In this document: positions 38,791-51,595 of the stretch, piece by piece
Numbering within the stretch: position 1 is the stretch's first letter
Layout: each line of letters opens with the position of its first letter
Source of the DNA: Octopus vulgaris
Taxonomy: Eukaryota
Reading direction: 5' to 3'
Assembly: GCA_951406725.2 (NCBI GenBank)
Contig: OX597816.1
Span: forward strand, 7,998,001-8,062,000
DNA length: 64,000 nt
The notes under the pieces: model-generated
What the model was told of the DNA's origin: nothing
The model's database searches: none
Seen by the model: the letters and a program-made list of their open reading frames with translations, nothing else
Made by a program: the position numbers and the translations under genes

Positions 38791-39766
38791 GCAATTATTT
38801 CAGATCCACTCACAAGGCTTTGTTCAACCTGAAGCTATAGTAGAAGACACTTGCCCAAGGTTCCACGCAGTGGGACTGAACCCAGAGCCATGTGGTTAGT
38901 AAGCAAGCTACTTACCACACAGCCATTCCTGCGTCATATATATATGTGTGGGATAATTATAATCCTGGCTATTACCTCTTTAGCGCGTCATGCCAGATCT
39001 TGGCTAGCGTGGGATCTCGAAATCAAAAGGAGATCCGTAAGATTTCGATTGATATAAATGGAAACACTGCACAACTCCAAAGTGAGATCCTGTACGCTTA
39101 AAATAAGTCCAGCAAAGCATCATCGACCAAATGGAAGTTTTGAGAGGAGTTTATTTGGAAATATTGTCACAATATATAAATAAACTGAATACTTATGGAT
39201 TTTAATTGATATCTCCTGCGGGTTTTTAAGACAGTCCTTAATAACAAGTATAGAGATAAGTGAAAATAAAGTTGAAATAAAAGCGGTTGGAATTTATCTT
39301 GTAGATCAAAGCATTATCCGTTGAACGACCATTAACCATTTAATGGCTTTTGTGACGACAATAGCAGTAAGATGAGATTTGCAAAGGAAGTCCGCGTTTC
39401 TAGTTTCTTTATCATGAGGTCTATTACGTAAATACTACGAGAATAACCAATAACAGGAACACTTTACTGCTTAATTAAGGGAACACTTTACTGCTTAATT
39501 AAGGGAACCTATTTAACTCTAATTATTTCTGTTGTGGTTAATATTTCCTGGTTTGAAACCGAGAAAGAACTGTATGGTGCATTAAACCGGGATTCGTAAT
39601 AAACAAATGTTGTGAATCAATTATTACTTCTCTGACCCAGATGAAAGCCACAACGTATAAATCATTTTTGAAGTTCACAGAGGGCGTGCAAAGACATTAA
39701 ACGACGAGTTCCGTTCCGAGAAGCTCGTGTTGATTAGCATGAGAAATCATGCTAATCGTGAGAAAT

Positions 39767-39955
39767 CAGTCAAGACGAAGAGCGCGATTCGATTGCAAGA
39801 GATCTTACTGAACGATATTTCAACAGTATGTCTGTCCTTGTCAAGTTCAAAATAAGAAGTGATAGAAATTCAGGAACTTGACAAAGACAGACATACTGTT
39901 GAAATATCGTCCAATAAGATCTCTTACAATTGAATTGCGCTCTTCGTCTTGACTG
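39767..39955. repeat. Long inverted repeat (about 82-bp arms, 25-nt spacer)
   Basis: CAGTCAAGACGAAGAGCGC...TTGTCAAGTTC and GAACTTGACAA...GCGCTCTTCGTCTTGACTG, with a few transitions. Confidence 0.92.
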
Positions 39956-39992
39956 TTTACCGTTGTGGAGAGTTACGTCAATCCTTTTTTAA

Positions 39993-40063
<71 letters not shown>

Positions 40064-40214
40064 TGATGATAATAAGTGACAATAAAAGAATGAGACCTCG
40101 ATATTAGGTAAATGACAACTTACTGTTTGTCCTAAATTACACACACACGCACGCAGACACACACACACGCACGCACGCACACACGCACACACGCACACAC
40201 ATACACATACACAT

Positions 40215-40277
<63 letters not shown>

Positions 40278-40353
40278 TCGCCATGTTGATTCGCTAGCTT
40301 CTGCACGCATTTTTTTTCTCTCCTTGTTTCTCTCCGTGTTTCTTTTCTGTGTA

Positions 40354-40391
40354 TCTTTCTGTTGAAGAGCGTAGGCTCGAAACGTAAAAGA
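40354..40391 (+). ncRNA. Minimal hammerhead ribozyme motif, CUGUUGA core variant (copy 2)
   Basis: The 38 nt are identical to 14054-14091. The host element (about 40276-40487) lies between (TA)n tracts. Confidence 0.65.
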
Positions 40392-40534
40392 CTTGTTTTA
40401 TTTCTATTCCTGAGCGCCATACTAATACAATTGTTTGTTTATATTCCACCTGCCTTCGTCTTTTGTTTATTTTCATAAAGCTTCCCGTTATATATATATA
40501 TATATATATATAGTAAGGACCGTAGATGGATGTG

Positions 40535-40970
40535 TTATGCGTGTTTGCATTTGGACCTATGGAACAATTTAAAAAAGTTGTAGAACCTATGACGACATGT
40601 AGAAAATGCTTCGTTTTGTTTACTTAGTAATTGCAGTGAATTATCTATTAATATTTGGAAGGCTTCTTTTAGACATAGTCCACAAGTGGGATCCCTGGCC
40701 TTGATATGGGACTCCGGAATCTATTATGGCCCAGGATACCTTTCTATTTATTGGATGGTGCATATAGTTGGCCAGGGAAGTAGATATGCTATACTCCTCA
40801 TACTTAAATCAGTTTATATGTGCAGAATATCTCTGTTTGAAATTTATAGTAGATCCGATATAGTAGTTAGTAGAATTATGCAATACGTTGTCGACCGTGC
40901 ATTTGTATACTACAGGAAATCTTCAACAGTGGACTTGCAACAGGCATTTGTTCGCCGATCGGCAGTTGCT
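40535..40970 (-). pseudogene. Penelope-like GIY-YIG endonuclease / C-terminal remnant
   Basis: Hand translation: SNCRSANKCLLQVHC*RFPVVYKCTV...YYIGSTINFKQRYSAH...STSLANY...VSWAII...(frameshift)CGLCLKEAFQI...NEAFSTCRHRF. Confidence 0.8.
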
Positions 40971-41073
40971 CTATCTGTTATACGAGTGTTATTAGTGGAA
41001 AGGGAGGATGCAGTACTATTTACGGAGAATTTAGGATTAAGGGTGTTGACACGCATTATGATTGTTGTTGTTG

Positions 41074-41116
<43 letters not shown>

Positions 41117-41117
41117 C

Positions 41118-41765
41118 TTTTTTTTCTTCTTTCAAATTTGCTTCCATTTCTTGCCGAGTGTCTTCCCGACTCCTAGGGCAAAGAAACTCATAGTATACAT
41201 TGGTAGGCCATTAAACTAAACTCACTAGTTCGTTCATTTATAAAAAAGAAAATTTTAAGTTAAATTAAAATACATGGGTAGTAATAGTTCTCACATCGAC
41301 TATGCTCTTCTCAATACGTGTGATGTACCAGTTAAGACAATCTTTTGCACTTCTTGCAGGGATGGTAAGCCAGGGATCATTCTCATATAATTTTCGGTTC
41401 CCTTCTTGATCATTCCTAGTGCTCCTACGATCACTGGTACTGTAACCGCCTTGAGATGCCACATTTTGTCAATTTCAATGAGTAGGTCTTTATATTTTCT
41501 GAGCTTGTCAAACTCTTTCGCTGAGATATTATGATCACAGGGGATGCTCATGTCGATCAATAAGCAAACTTTATTGTTTTGGTCTTTCACAACAATATCT
41601 GGTTTATTGGCCTTGATGGTTCGGTCTGTATGTACTGGGAAGTCCCACAGAATCGTTACATTTTCTCCTTCAGTTACAGCTTCAGGGTGGTGATTATACC
41701 ACTTGTCGGCAGTTTTGATATTGTAATGCCGACTAATTAGCTAGTATAGATATTGGCCAACTCGG

Positions 41766-41769
<4 letters not shown>
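41118..41769 (-). mobile_element. R4/Dong-like RLE LINE 3' end inserted in (TAA)n
   Basis: ILWDFPVHTDRTIKANKPDIVVKD...CLLIDMSIP...KEFDKLRKYKDL...VPVIVGALG...QKIVLTGTSHVLR (PD-(D/E)xK RLE), with TAA repeats on both sides. Confidence 0.88.
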
Positions 41770-42432
<663 letters not shown>

Positions 42433-42440
42433 ATTAGTAG

Positions 42441-42540
42441 NNNNNNNNNNNNNNNNNNNNNNNNNNNNNNNNNNNNNNNNNNNNNNNNNNNNNNNNNNNN
42501 NNNNNNNNNNNNNNNNNNNNNNNNNNNNNNNNNNNNNNNN
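42441..42540. other. Assembly gap (100 N)
   Basis: Run of N. The sequence ATTATTAACATTAGTAG appears on both sides. Confidence 0.99.
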
Positions 42541-43140
42541 ATTATTAACATTAGTAGTAGTAATGGTATTATCACTGTCAATGACACTAGTAATAGTAGA
42601 GGTGGTGGTATCGGTCGTATTAGAGTTATTAGTATTAGTGGTGGTGCTTTAAGTATTCTATTTTATTCCTCTTATAAACTGTGAATTTTCCCACTCACAA
42701 ATGCCATTCATGTCCATCATACTTTCTAGCTCTATATACGCATTTGCAATATGAATGCATTATTGAGAACGCTACCAAAATACTGCCTGGGTTTACCTGG
42801 GACTTTAACTAAAAACCTGTACCTTCATATCCTCTGGGAAAAGATGAGTTGTGAACATTATTCTCCTGCCTGTATTCTTCTAACTACTTTTTCTCTTTAT
42901 TCTTCTATTTTACTCCCTTATAAAATGGGAATTCTATTCCTTGTAAACTGTAAATATTCCCCGTCTAAAATATTCATACCATGTCTCTGATGACGGCATA
43001 CCCAGTGCACGGACATGCTAATCTACCACTTGGGTTATACCAGAAACATGAATGAACGTACAAATAATACTGTGGATCCCAGCATTGGAAGGACGGAAGC
43101 AATCGGTATGCTAAATAATGCGAGCAGTAGACCCCATAAA

Positions 43141-43380
43141 GGACGCAAAAAGTGTAATTGTAGGGACTCTCTATGATGTCCGATTAGCGGAAATTGTTTC
43201 CAGGATAATGTTGTTTATAAATGTAGCATTGAAACGCAGAATGGCCAGAGAAAAATATATATTGGTAGTTCGATAGACTTCAAGCAGAGGTACCGAAGCC
43301 ACCTAAGTTCTTTTAACGATTTTAAACATAGGACATCTATGGCATTTGGCATCATATGTAAATAACCTTAAAGAAAGGCT
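43141..43380 (+). pseudogene. Penelope-like GIY-YIG fragment
   Basis: GRKKCNCRDSL*CPISGNCFQDNVVYKCSIETQNGQRKIYIGSSIDFKQRYRSHLSSF. Confidence 0.8.
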
Positions 43381-44513
43381 GTAAGACTTCAAATTCACCC
43401 TTACCCTAATTAAATTATTCTAAATGACTTGAGATACTCGTCCTACTTTGGTTTTGATTTTTCCTCTAATATAATATATCAATATATATGTGTGTGTTTG
43501 TGTGTATGTATGTATGTATGCACGTACATATGTATGTAAGTACTCCGTCGGTTACGACGACGAGAGTTCCGGTTGATCCGAATCAACGGAACAGCCTGCT
43601 CGTGAAATTAACGTGGTAAGTGGCTGAGCACTCCACAGACACATGTACCCTTAACGTAGTTCACGGGGATATTCAGCGTGACACAGAGAGTGACAAGGCC
43701 GTCCCTTTGAAATACAGGTACAACAGAAGCAGGAAGTAAGAGTGAGAGAAAGTTGTGGTGAAAGAGTACAGCAGGGATCACCACCACCCCCTGCCGGAGC
43801 CTCGTGGAGCTTTAGGTGTTTTCGCTCAATAAACACTCACAACGCCCGGTCTGGGAATCGAAACCGCGATCCTACGACCGCGAGTCCGCTGCCCTAACCA
43901 CTGGGCCATTGCGCCTCCTACGTACATATGTATATGTACATTATGTATGAGTGCGTACGTGTGTGCGTGCACGTTAGTGTGTGTGTGTGTGTGTGTGTCC
44001 TTGTCTGTGTTTCTGTTTCCACTGATTAGCAACTATTCAAGTTATGTCGTCTTAATATAATGCAACTAGTTTTTAATGACCAACTCCAAATAGCTCAATA
44101 AACTAAATTTGAAAGTAAGTCACTGACGTCAATGAGACCGACGTAAATCCTTGAATGCAGTGCTCCAGCCTGGCCACAGTGAAATCAGCAACAGTAAGAT
44201 GAAGTGTTAGTATATGAATTAAAATAAGGATTTTGATGGCTTGTATTATGAGAAGCTCTTTGTGGTCGAGTATCATCCGGGTTGTTAATTAGGTCTCTGT
44301 CATGTGAGAACTGCTAATGACAACTCATTTCCAGTACAAATCGTGTGACTAGCAACTAACTATAACAAGATAATTAGATGTCGCCCTGAATTCTGAATCC
44401 TCCAGGATAGATTGTTTTGTCGTGAGGGTTGTTTGTTTGTGTATGTTGTATTGTTGAAGACCATCATCGTGTGGTTTAGCTAGCTGCGTGTATTTATAAA
44501 AGAAACACACCCA

Positions 44514-45303
44514 GGGTACTACTAGCGAACAGTGGTCCCGGTGCGCGCACTCGCACATCCGCGTTAGCTAGTCGTAAGTAGTCGATCCTGCAACGACATG
44601 CGCGTATATTTGTATTTCAAGGCTGAATCCATATCAAAGAAAATTAAATAATATTTTTCGAACAAAGTAAATAATTTTTTAAACTAAGTAAATAAATTAT
44701 TTGGATCTTTTCGGTTTGAACGGCAATTTTTTCTAGCGGTGTCATATGAAATTGTTACCCATAATTATGACCCTAGTATCGATCTATTGCATTTCAATCT
44801 GTTTTAGGGTTAGGGGGTGGAGGGAAGGGTATCTTTTTTTCTTCAGAAATGTATATAAACCCAATCTGTTTCTTAAAGGAGGGACATATTCATACAGCAC
44901 AGAATGTTTTCACCTCAAATAGACGCCAGTGATTGGTTGAAATTGCAGAAATTGAAGAAAAAACAACAACAAATATCTTACAAACTATTGAATTTTCTCA
45001 ATAAAGCCAAGAGAAAAAGATGTTTTATAAACACATTCTACCAGTATACGAAGTTTAAAAGTGTTTAGATACGTGGAAATTATTTTTAAAAAATGCTGGT
45101 CAACCCGAAAAGATCCTAAAAACGCAAAGTAAATAATTTTTTACACTAAGTAAATAAATTATTTTTATAAACAAACTAAGGTTAGGGTTAGGGTTAGGTT
45201 TTGAGTTAGGGTTAAAAAGTCGTTGTAGGATCGACTACTTACGACTAGCTAGCGCGGATGCGCGAGTGCGCGCACCGGGACCACTGTTTGCTAGTAGTAA
45301 CCC
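44514..45303. mobile_element. MITE with about 85-bp TIRs, internal (TTAGGG)n and a nested MITE (44703-45116)
   Basis: GGGTACTACTAGCGAACAGTGGTCCCGGTGCGCGCAC... and ...GTGCGCGCACCGGGACCACTGTTTGCTAGTAGTAACCC. Flanks are ACACCCA and ACACTCA. Confidence 0.85.
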
Positions 45304-45648
45304 ACACTCAGGACGTTTAATAGATTTATTGATAGAAATGATTTACTGTGTTGGCTATCGAGGAAAGAAAAATGCAGATAATAAAACTGCCATCTGGGAG
45401 GAGAGAACCGCTCTATATCTTGTTGAAGGTTAACTTTTCTCTCTTTTACTCTTTTACTTGTTTCAGTCATTTGACTGCGGCCATGCTGGAGCACCGCCTT
45501 TTTAGTCGAGCAAATCGACCCCGGGGCTTATTCTTTGTAAGAACTAGTACTTATCATATCGGTCTCTTTTGCCGAACCGCTAAGTAACGGGGACGTAAAC
45601 ACACCAGCATCGGTTGTCAAGCGATGTTGGGGAGACAAACACACACAA

Positions 45649-45701
<53 letters not shown>

Positions 45702-46564
45702 CGACGGGCTTCTTTCAGTTTCCGTCTACCAAATCCACTCACAAGGCATTGGTCGGCCCGAGGCTATAGTAGAAGACACTTGTCCAAGCTGCCTCGCAGT
45801 GGGACTGAACCCGGAACTGTGTGGTTGGTAAGCAAGCTACTTACCACACAGCCACTCCTGCGCCTATGTGGCACATCGTGTGTTATGACCGAAGCCTTCT
45901 CTTGCTCGAGGTGGTTTACCTGGTGAGTTAGGCGCCAAACTGTTTAAAAAGGGTAAAAAGGGCGACCAACTTTAGAACACCCGAAAAAAACCCCACATCA
46001 TGCCACAGCACCTGTTACAAAAACAGGCATATCCAAGATTGAATTGCTTGGTGAGTCACTTGAACGCAATGGCGACTCCATGATGTTGCTTTTTTTTTAT
46101 ACAGAATACAATTTCGGCATAACGCCGAACACAAAAATTTGGGTTTACGCCCTACAGAATTGGCTTAAAGCCGTACAGTTCATCAATAATTCACCCGCAG
46201 GGTAGGGTGGGGGGATTAACAACAAGTCGCTTCAAAGAAGCAATAAACAGTTCTTTAACAAAATCGCAAAACAACAGCAACTCACTGCAACAATGTAACA
46301 TGCCAACCACTCGAAAATCGATTTTTTATTACCCACATGGGGCCAACAAAGAGGGGACAATACAATCTGATTTTGGGGTCAGATGAGCGAATGATTATAC
46401 AAAAAAATGACATTAAAAATTTTACAAAAATAAGAAAATATAATAAAATCGAATGGTAGGACTGACTGGAAGACATTACGGATGGAGTGGTGTTTAATTC
46501 GGACCCCACAAGCCCCGCATCGCTACTGATACCTGAGTATACGAGGCATCAGATGTAGTGTGCT

Positions 46565-47140
46565 AGAGGGAAGTCTGCGCTGGTATGGTCATGAGATGCG
46601 TGTGGATGAGGACAGCTGCATCAAGAAGTGCTGATCTCTGTGGAGGGAATGTGAAGAAGGGTGGATCCAGGGTGACATAAGATGAAGTGGTGAGAAAGGA
46701 CCTTGAGATTTGGGGCCTCACAGAGATGACAGGAGACCGAAACGTCTGGCAGATTGCTGTGATTGAGAAGACACGTCAAGTTAAATAAAATCGTGGCTGT
46801 GCCTAGCTACAGACATACCCACTACGTCCCGCTCTCAGCTGAGGGTCCTAGTTTTGCGGGATCGTGGGTGTTGGTTGCACGTAAAAACACCCGTGCCGGC
46901 GCCGCATAGTCACGCCCATGTAACACGTAACAGCGCCCGTGGTGGTGCTACATTAAAAGCACTCAGTACACTCTTTAAAGTGGCTGGCGTCAAGTAGGGT
47001 ATCCAGCCGTAGAAACCATGCCAAATCAGACAAAATGGGGGTCTGGGGAGCTCTCCATCTGGCTGGCTCTTATCAGACCGTCCAATCCATGCCACCATGG
47101 AGGACGGACGTTCAATGATGATGATGATGATGATGATGAT
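46565..47140 (+). mobile_element. RTE LINE C-terminus plus 3' UTR
   Basis: LRWYGH...VDEDSCIKKC...DEVVRKDLEIWGL, then an RTE tail ending in (GAT)n. Confidence 0.75.
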
Positions 47141-47254
47141 ATATATATATATATATAACGGGAAGATTTACGAAAATAAACAAAAGACGAAGGCAGGTGG
47201 AATACAAACAAACAATTGTATTAGTATGGCGCTCAGGAATAGAAATAAAACAAG

Positions 47255-47292
47255 TCTTTTACGTTTCGAGCCTACGCTCTTCAACAGAAAGA
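47255..47292 (-). ncRNA. Minimal hammerhead ribozyme motif, CUGUUGA core variant (copy 3)
   Basis: Exact reverse complement of 14054-14091, in an element at about 47159-47320. Confidence 0.65.
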
Positions 47293-47378
47293 TACACGGA
47301 AAAGAAACAAGGAGAGAAACAAATAATAAATTATTATTTACGTATATTTATTAATTATTTTATTATTGTAGTTATCTT

Positions 47379-47482
47379 TAACCTGATGAGTGGCTATATT
47401 TATATTGAAGTGATTTTACTACTACTACTAATATTTTTACTATAATCATTTCTTAAATATAGCCACGAAACACGTGTCGTTA
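47379..47482 (+). ncRNA. Canonical type I hammerhead ribozyme with extended stem II
   Basis: taac-CTGATGA-GTGGCTATATTTA...TAAATATAGCCAC-GAAA-CACGT-GTC^-gtta. The core is complete, stem II is a perfect 13 bp, stem III is the palindrome ACACGTGT, and the predicted cut is after C47478. Confidence 0.85.
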
Positions 47483-47638
47483 TTCTACCAAATATATACG
47501 TTTTATTTATTATTTTGCACATTACTTAATCATCGTCATATTTTTTATTCTTATATTTAATCTTTCAATTAAATGTAATTTTCTAGATGGTGTAATTTAA
47601 TTTTTCATTTTGAATTGATAAAAGGTGGGTTTTTTTCT

Positions 47639-47689
<51 letters not shown>

Positions 47690-48398
47690 TACATACAATT
47701 AACGAACCAAATTTTATAAAAAGAAACCTGCCCAGTACACTTTTCTTTGATCACGATTCTCTTCGAAGAAATCGTTACAGCAAAACGAATTTGGAATCTG
47801 AAGCTAATTAATTTGACTAAACTGATTAAACTCTGATCTTCATTAATCTCTTGTAAAGGCAACTGGTGACTCTGTTAGAAAGAGAAGCAGAACTCATTAT
47901 AATGTTCTTTTATTCTTTTACTTTTTTCAGTCATCTGACTGCGGCCATGATAAAGCACCGCCATTTTGGTCGAACAAATCGACCCCAGGACTTATTCTTT
48001 GTATGCTATCGGTCTCTTTTGCCAAACTGCTAAGTTACATGAGCATAGACACGCCAACATCGGTTGTCAAGCGATGTTGGGGGGACAAACACAGACACAA
48101 AGACACACACACACATAAATATATACATTTATATGATGGGATTCTTACAGTTTCCGTCAAACAAATCCACTCACAAGTTTTTGTTCGGCTCGAGGCTATA
48201 GTAGAAGACACTTGCCCAAGGTGCCACGCAGTGGGACTGAACCGGGAATCACGTGGTTGGGAAGCAGGCTTTTTACCACACAGCCACACTTGCACCTTGG
48301 CACTATTAGAAAATTTTAAACACGGAATATATTCAATATTAAATTCTGTGATGCATTTAATTTGGTGGTGCCTCATTTTGTGGTGTCATGGCTTCTTT

Positions 48399-48480
48399 TG
48401 ACTCGGAGTCATTTAAATAAAAATTCTATATTACTCTTATGATGCTGACTCAGCATAAGTGAAACCAACGTGACGTCACG
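48399..48480. promoter_or_regulatory. Candidate bZIP site cluster (T-MARE + CRE)
   Basis: TGACTCGGAGTCA (48399-48411), TGCTGACTCAGCA (48443-48455), CGTGACGTCACG (48469-48480). Confidence 0.35.
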
Positions 48481-49090
48481 GAGTATCACTTGATACAGAC
48501 CCATTTAACAACCTGGATGGTACTCATCTTTCATGCTATTTTAAGACATATCTCAATATTTGCATTTCCTTTGAACTTGAATGCTCCGTAGTTGTATGAA
48601 TTGATGTTTTGTTCTATTTTTATACTTGCTTTTAAGTAATCGTCAACTTGTACAAAACACTCGCAACCGGATATAGTCATAAAATATGGAACGATGGGAA
48701 GCTAACAGTTCTCATTTATAAGATCTTGTAATGTTGTTAGGGATTGAAAGTTTTAAGATTTCAATAGATTACAATGAATTATTTTCGCCATTTCATTTAC
48801 TGGCTTTCGGAGAATCGTGTGAAAAACATTGTAATTGCTAACTAACCACTTCATCTTCTCCTTTAAAACAAACCATTTGTAGTGGCTTTACACGGACGCA
48901 CGACCAGCTGGAAATGGCAATCGGGTTTCTCTCAAACAGCATCCTATCATCTTAAATATAGAAGGGTTCGTTGTTATCCCTGATAGAGAAACATGCAAGA
49001 TACCCACAACTGGATAAAACGTCATTGATCACAGATCTCGAAATCACTGTGAAATAACAACTCTATTATGTCTATCAATATAGACTTAAA

Positions 49091-49196
<106 letters not shown>

Positions 49197-49295
49197 ATCC
49201 AAACATGAAAACACTAAGAGAAAACACAACAACGCGAGGACGTGGAACAAGTATAGTGTTATTGGACGCTCAGGAAAGGAAAGAAAGAAGGAGGA

Positions 49296-49328
49296 TTTAA
49301 CGTTTCGAGCGGAGCTCTTCGTCAGAAA
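49296..49328 (-). ncRNA. Minimal hammerhead ribozyme motif (CUGACGA)
   Basis: Minus strand: ttt-CTGACGA-A-GAGC-tcc-GCTC-GAAA-C-GTT-aaa, in an element at about 49192-49393 next to (TA)n. Confidence 0.7.
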
Positions 49329-51595
49329 CGTAGGAAAAGGAAAGGTCCAAGGAAGGGAAGACGTAGGAAAAAAATCGCCAACGATACACACGGTATATAT
49401 ACTCGAGCAAAACGCCCTTCCGCGTCCAACGGACGGTACTGAGTTGTCAAATATTTAAAACAAACTTTCCCAAAACAACTTGTCCGACCGTCCCATAGGC
49501 CTCTCCTTTGAGAATCACTGATTTAACCTAAATTTGAGACGCCAGCAAAAGAAGAAATAAAGATAGACTTTTTCTATTCCAAAGAAAAACGATTTTATTC
49601 ACTTTATCGATCGCATTCTCACCTGGAATCGATTTTTGCAATTTTTTCAAGATTTATACACGCCCTGATACCGTCGGTATCGACATATCAAATTTGAGCG
49701 CAATCGGATGGGGGATGCCCAAGATCCTAGAAGACACACACACACAGACAGACAGAATGGATTTTATATATATAATATATATATATATATATACACGAGT
49801 GAATAGACAAACGAAATTGGCACTCAGCACATTCATAAGTGTTACATATATTTTTCAATAACTGTGGAATTCGGCTCCATGTAACTGAAAGTTTTGAAGG
49901 CTCATAAAACGAACTTTTTAAGCTTAGGGAACCGAATGGAGGTAGTTCAAAATGGCTACAAGGGATTGGTGAGGCAGGTCACATGATGCTGTCAATATTA
50001 GTATTGATATTGTAGCGACAGCATGTAAAATGAAGGAATACGATTAATACTTCATGAAACTGGTTTCTAAGAATTGCAAGTGTCACCAGTCATTTTCACG
50101 AGGTGCAATGATAAACAGTATTGTATCTATAACTGGGTTATAGAGGCGGCGGTTTAACAGAGCTTTTGGAATCAGGACCAATGAGAGGCGAGAGTTCAGC
50201 TGATCTGAAGCTCAGATGATCAAGGAGGCGGGGATTTAAGAATATCTGACGGGTTCCCCTCCCCTAAAAAAATTAACAAGTAACCCTCAAGCCTATGAAT
50301 TCTGAGAGGACCCACTTGTGGGGCCTTGAAAGTAAGTCTTATTCAACATTCCCTCATTGGCCCTACTCAGAGGATAAAAAGTCTGTGGCATTCGTGAATC
50401 CCTTTTACGCTCTGAGTTCAAATCCTACCTTAAGTAACTTCCCTTTCATCTTTCTGGGGCCGGTAGTACTATATAATGATTTCAAACTTGGGCACAAAGC
50501 CAGCAAATTTGGGGAAAGGGATGAGTCGATTACATCAACCTCAGTACTTAACTGGTACTTATTCTATCGACCCCTAAAGGATGAAAAGCAAAGTCGACCT
50601 CGGCGGAATTTGAACTCAGAACGTAAAGACGGACGAAATGTCGCTAAGAATTTTGTCCGGCGTGCTAACGATTCTGCCAGCTTGCTGCTTTGGTAGTACT
50701 ACATAATAATGATTTCAAATTTTGGCACAAGGCCAGCATTTTGGCTAAGTCAATTACATGGACCCCAGTATTCGACTGGTGCTTATTTTATCAACCACCC
50801 GCACAAAAGACAAAAGGCAAAGTCGACCTCAGCGGAATTTGAACTCAGAATGTAAGGACAAACGAAATGCCGCTAAGCATTTTGTCCGGCGTGCTAACGA
50901 TTCTGCCAGCGCCATATTTTGATTGAACCAGTAAAGCATGCGAGATGGGAATGTTATTGTAATACTCCTTTCCACTATAGGCACAAGGCCTGGATTTTTG
51001 TGAGGAGGGTGACAATCGATCACTTCGATCCCAGTACTTGACTGCTTCTTAATTTATCGACCCCAAAAGGATGAAAGACAAAGTCGATCTAGGCGGAGTT
51101 TGAACTCAGAACGTAGAGACAGACGGAATGCCGCTAAGCATTTTACTCTGACAGCGCGCCACGTGGGTAGTACTCTATATTGATTAAGTCAGTAGGAGTA
51201 CTCCGTCGGTTACGACGACGAAAGTCCCAGCTGATCGGATCAACGGAACAGCTTGCTCGTGAAATTAACAAGCAAGTGGCTGAGCACTCCACAGACACGT
51301 GTACCCAAAATGTAGTTCTCGAGGAGATTCAGTGTGACACAGAGTGTGACCAGGCCGGCCATTTGAAATACAGGTACGACTAATTTTTGCCAGCTGAGTG
51401 GACTGGAGCAATAAAGTGAAATAAATTGTCTTGCTCAAGGACACAACGTGTTGCCGGGAATTGAACTCACGACCTTACGATCGTGGGCCGAATTAAGTCA
51501 GTAAAGCATGTGAGATGAGAATGTAATTGTAATAATAAAAAGCTCTGTGCTGTTCTGGCTAAACCTGTGATTAGATACAAAACTACACGACGAAA

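Noticed and set aside
50140-50240. CCAAT box plus GC box
   Set aside because: Short motifs with no associated exon, so a promoter call is unsupported.
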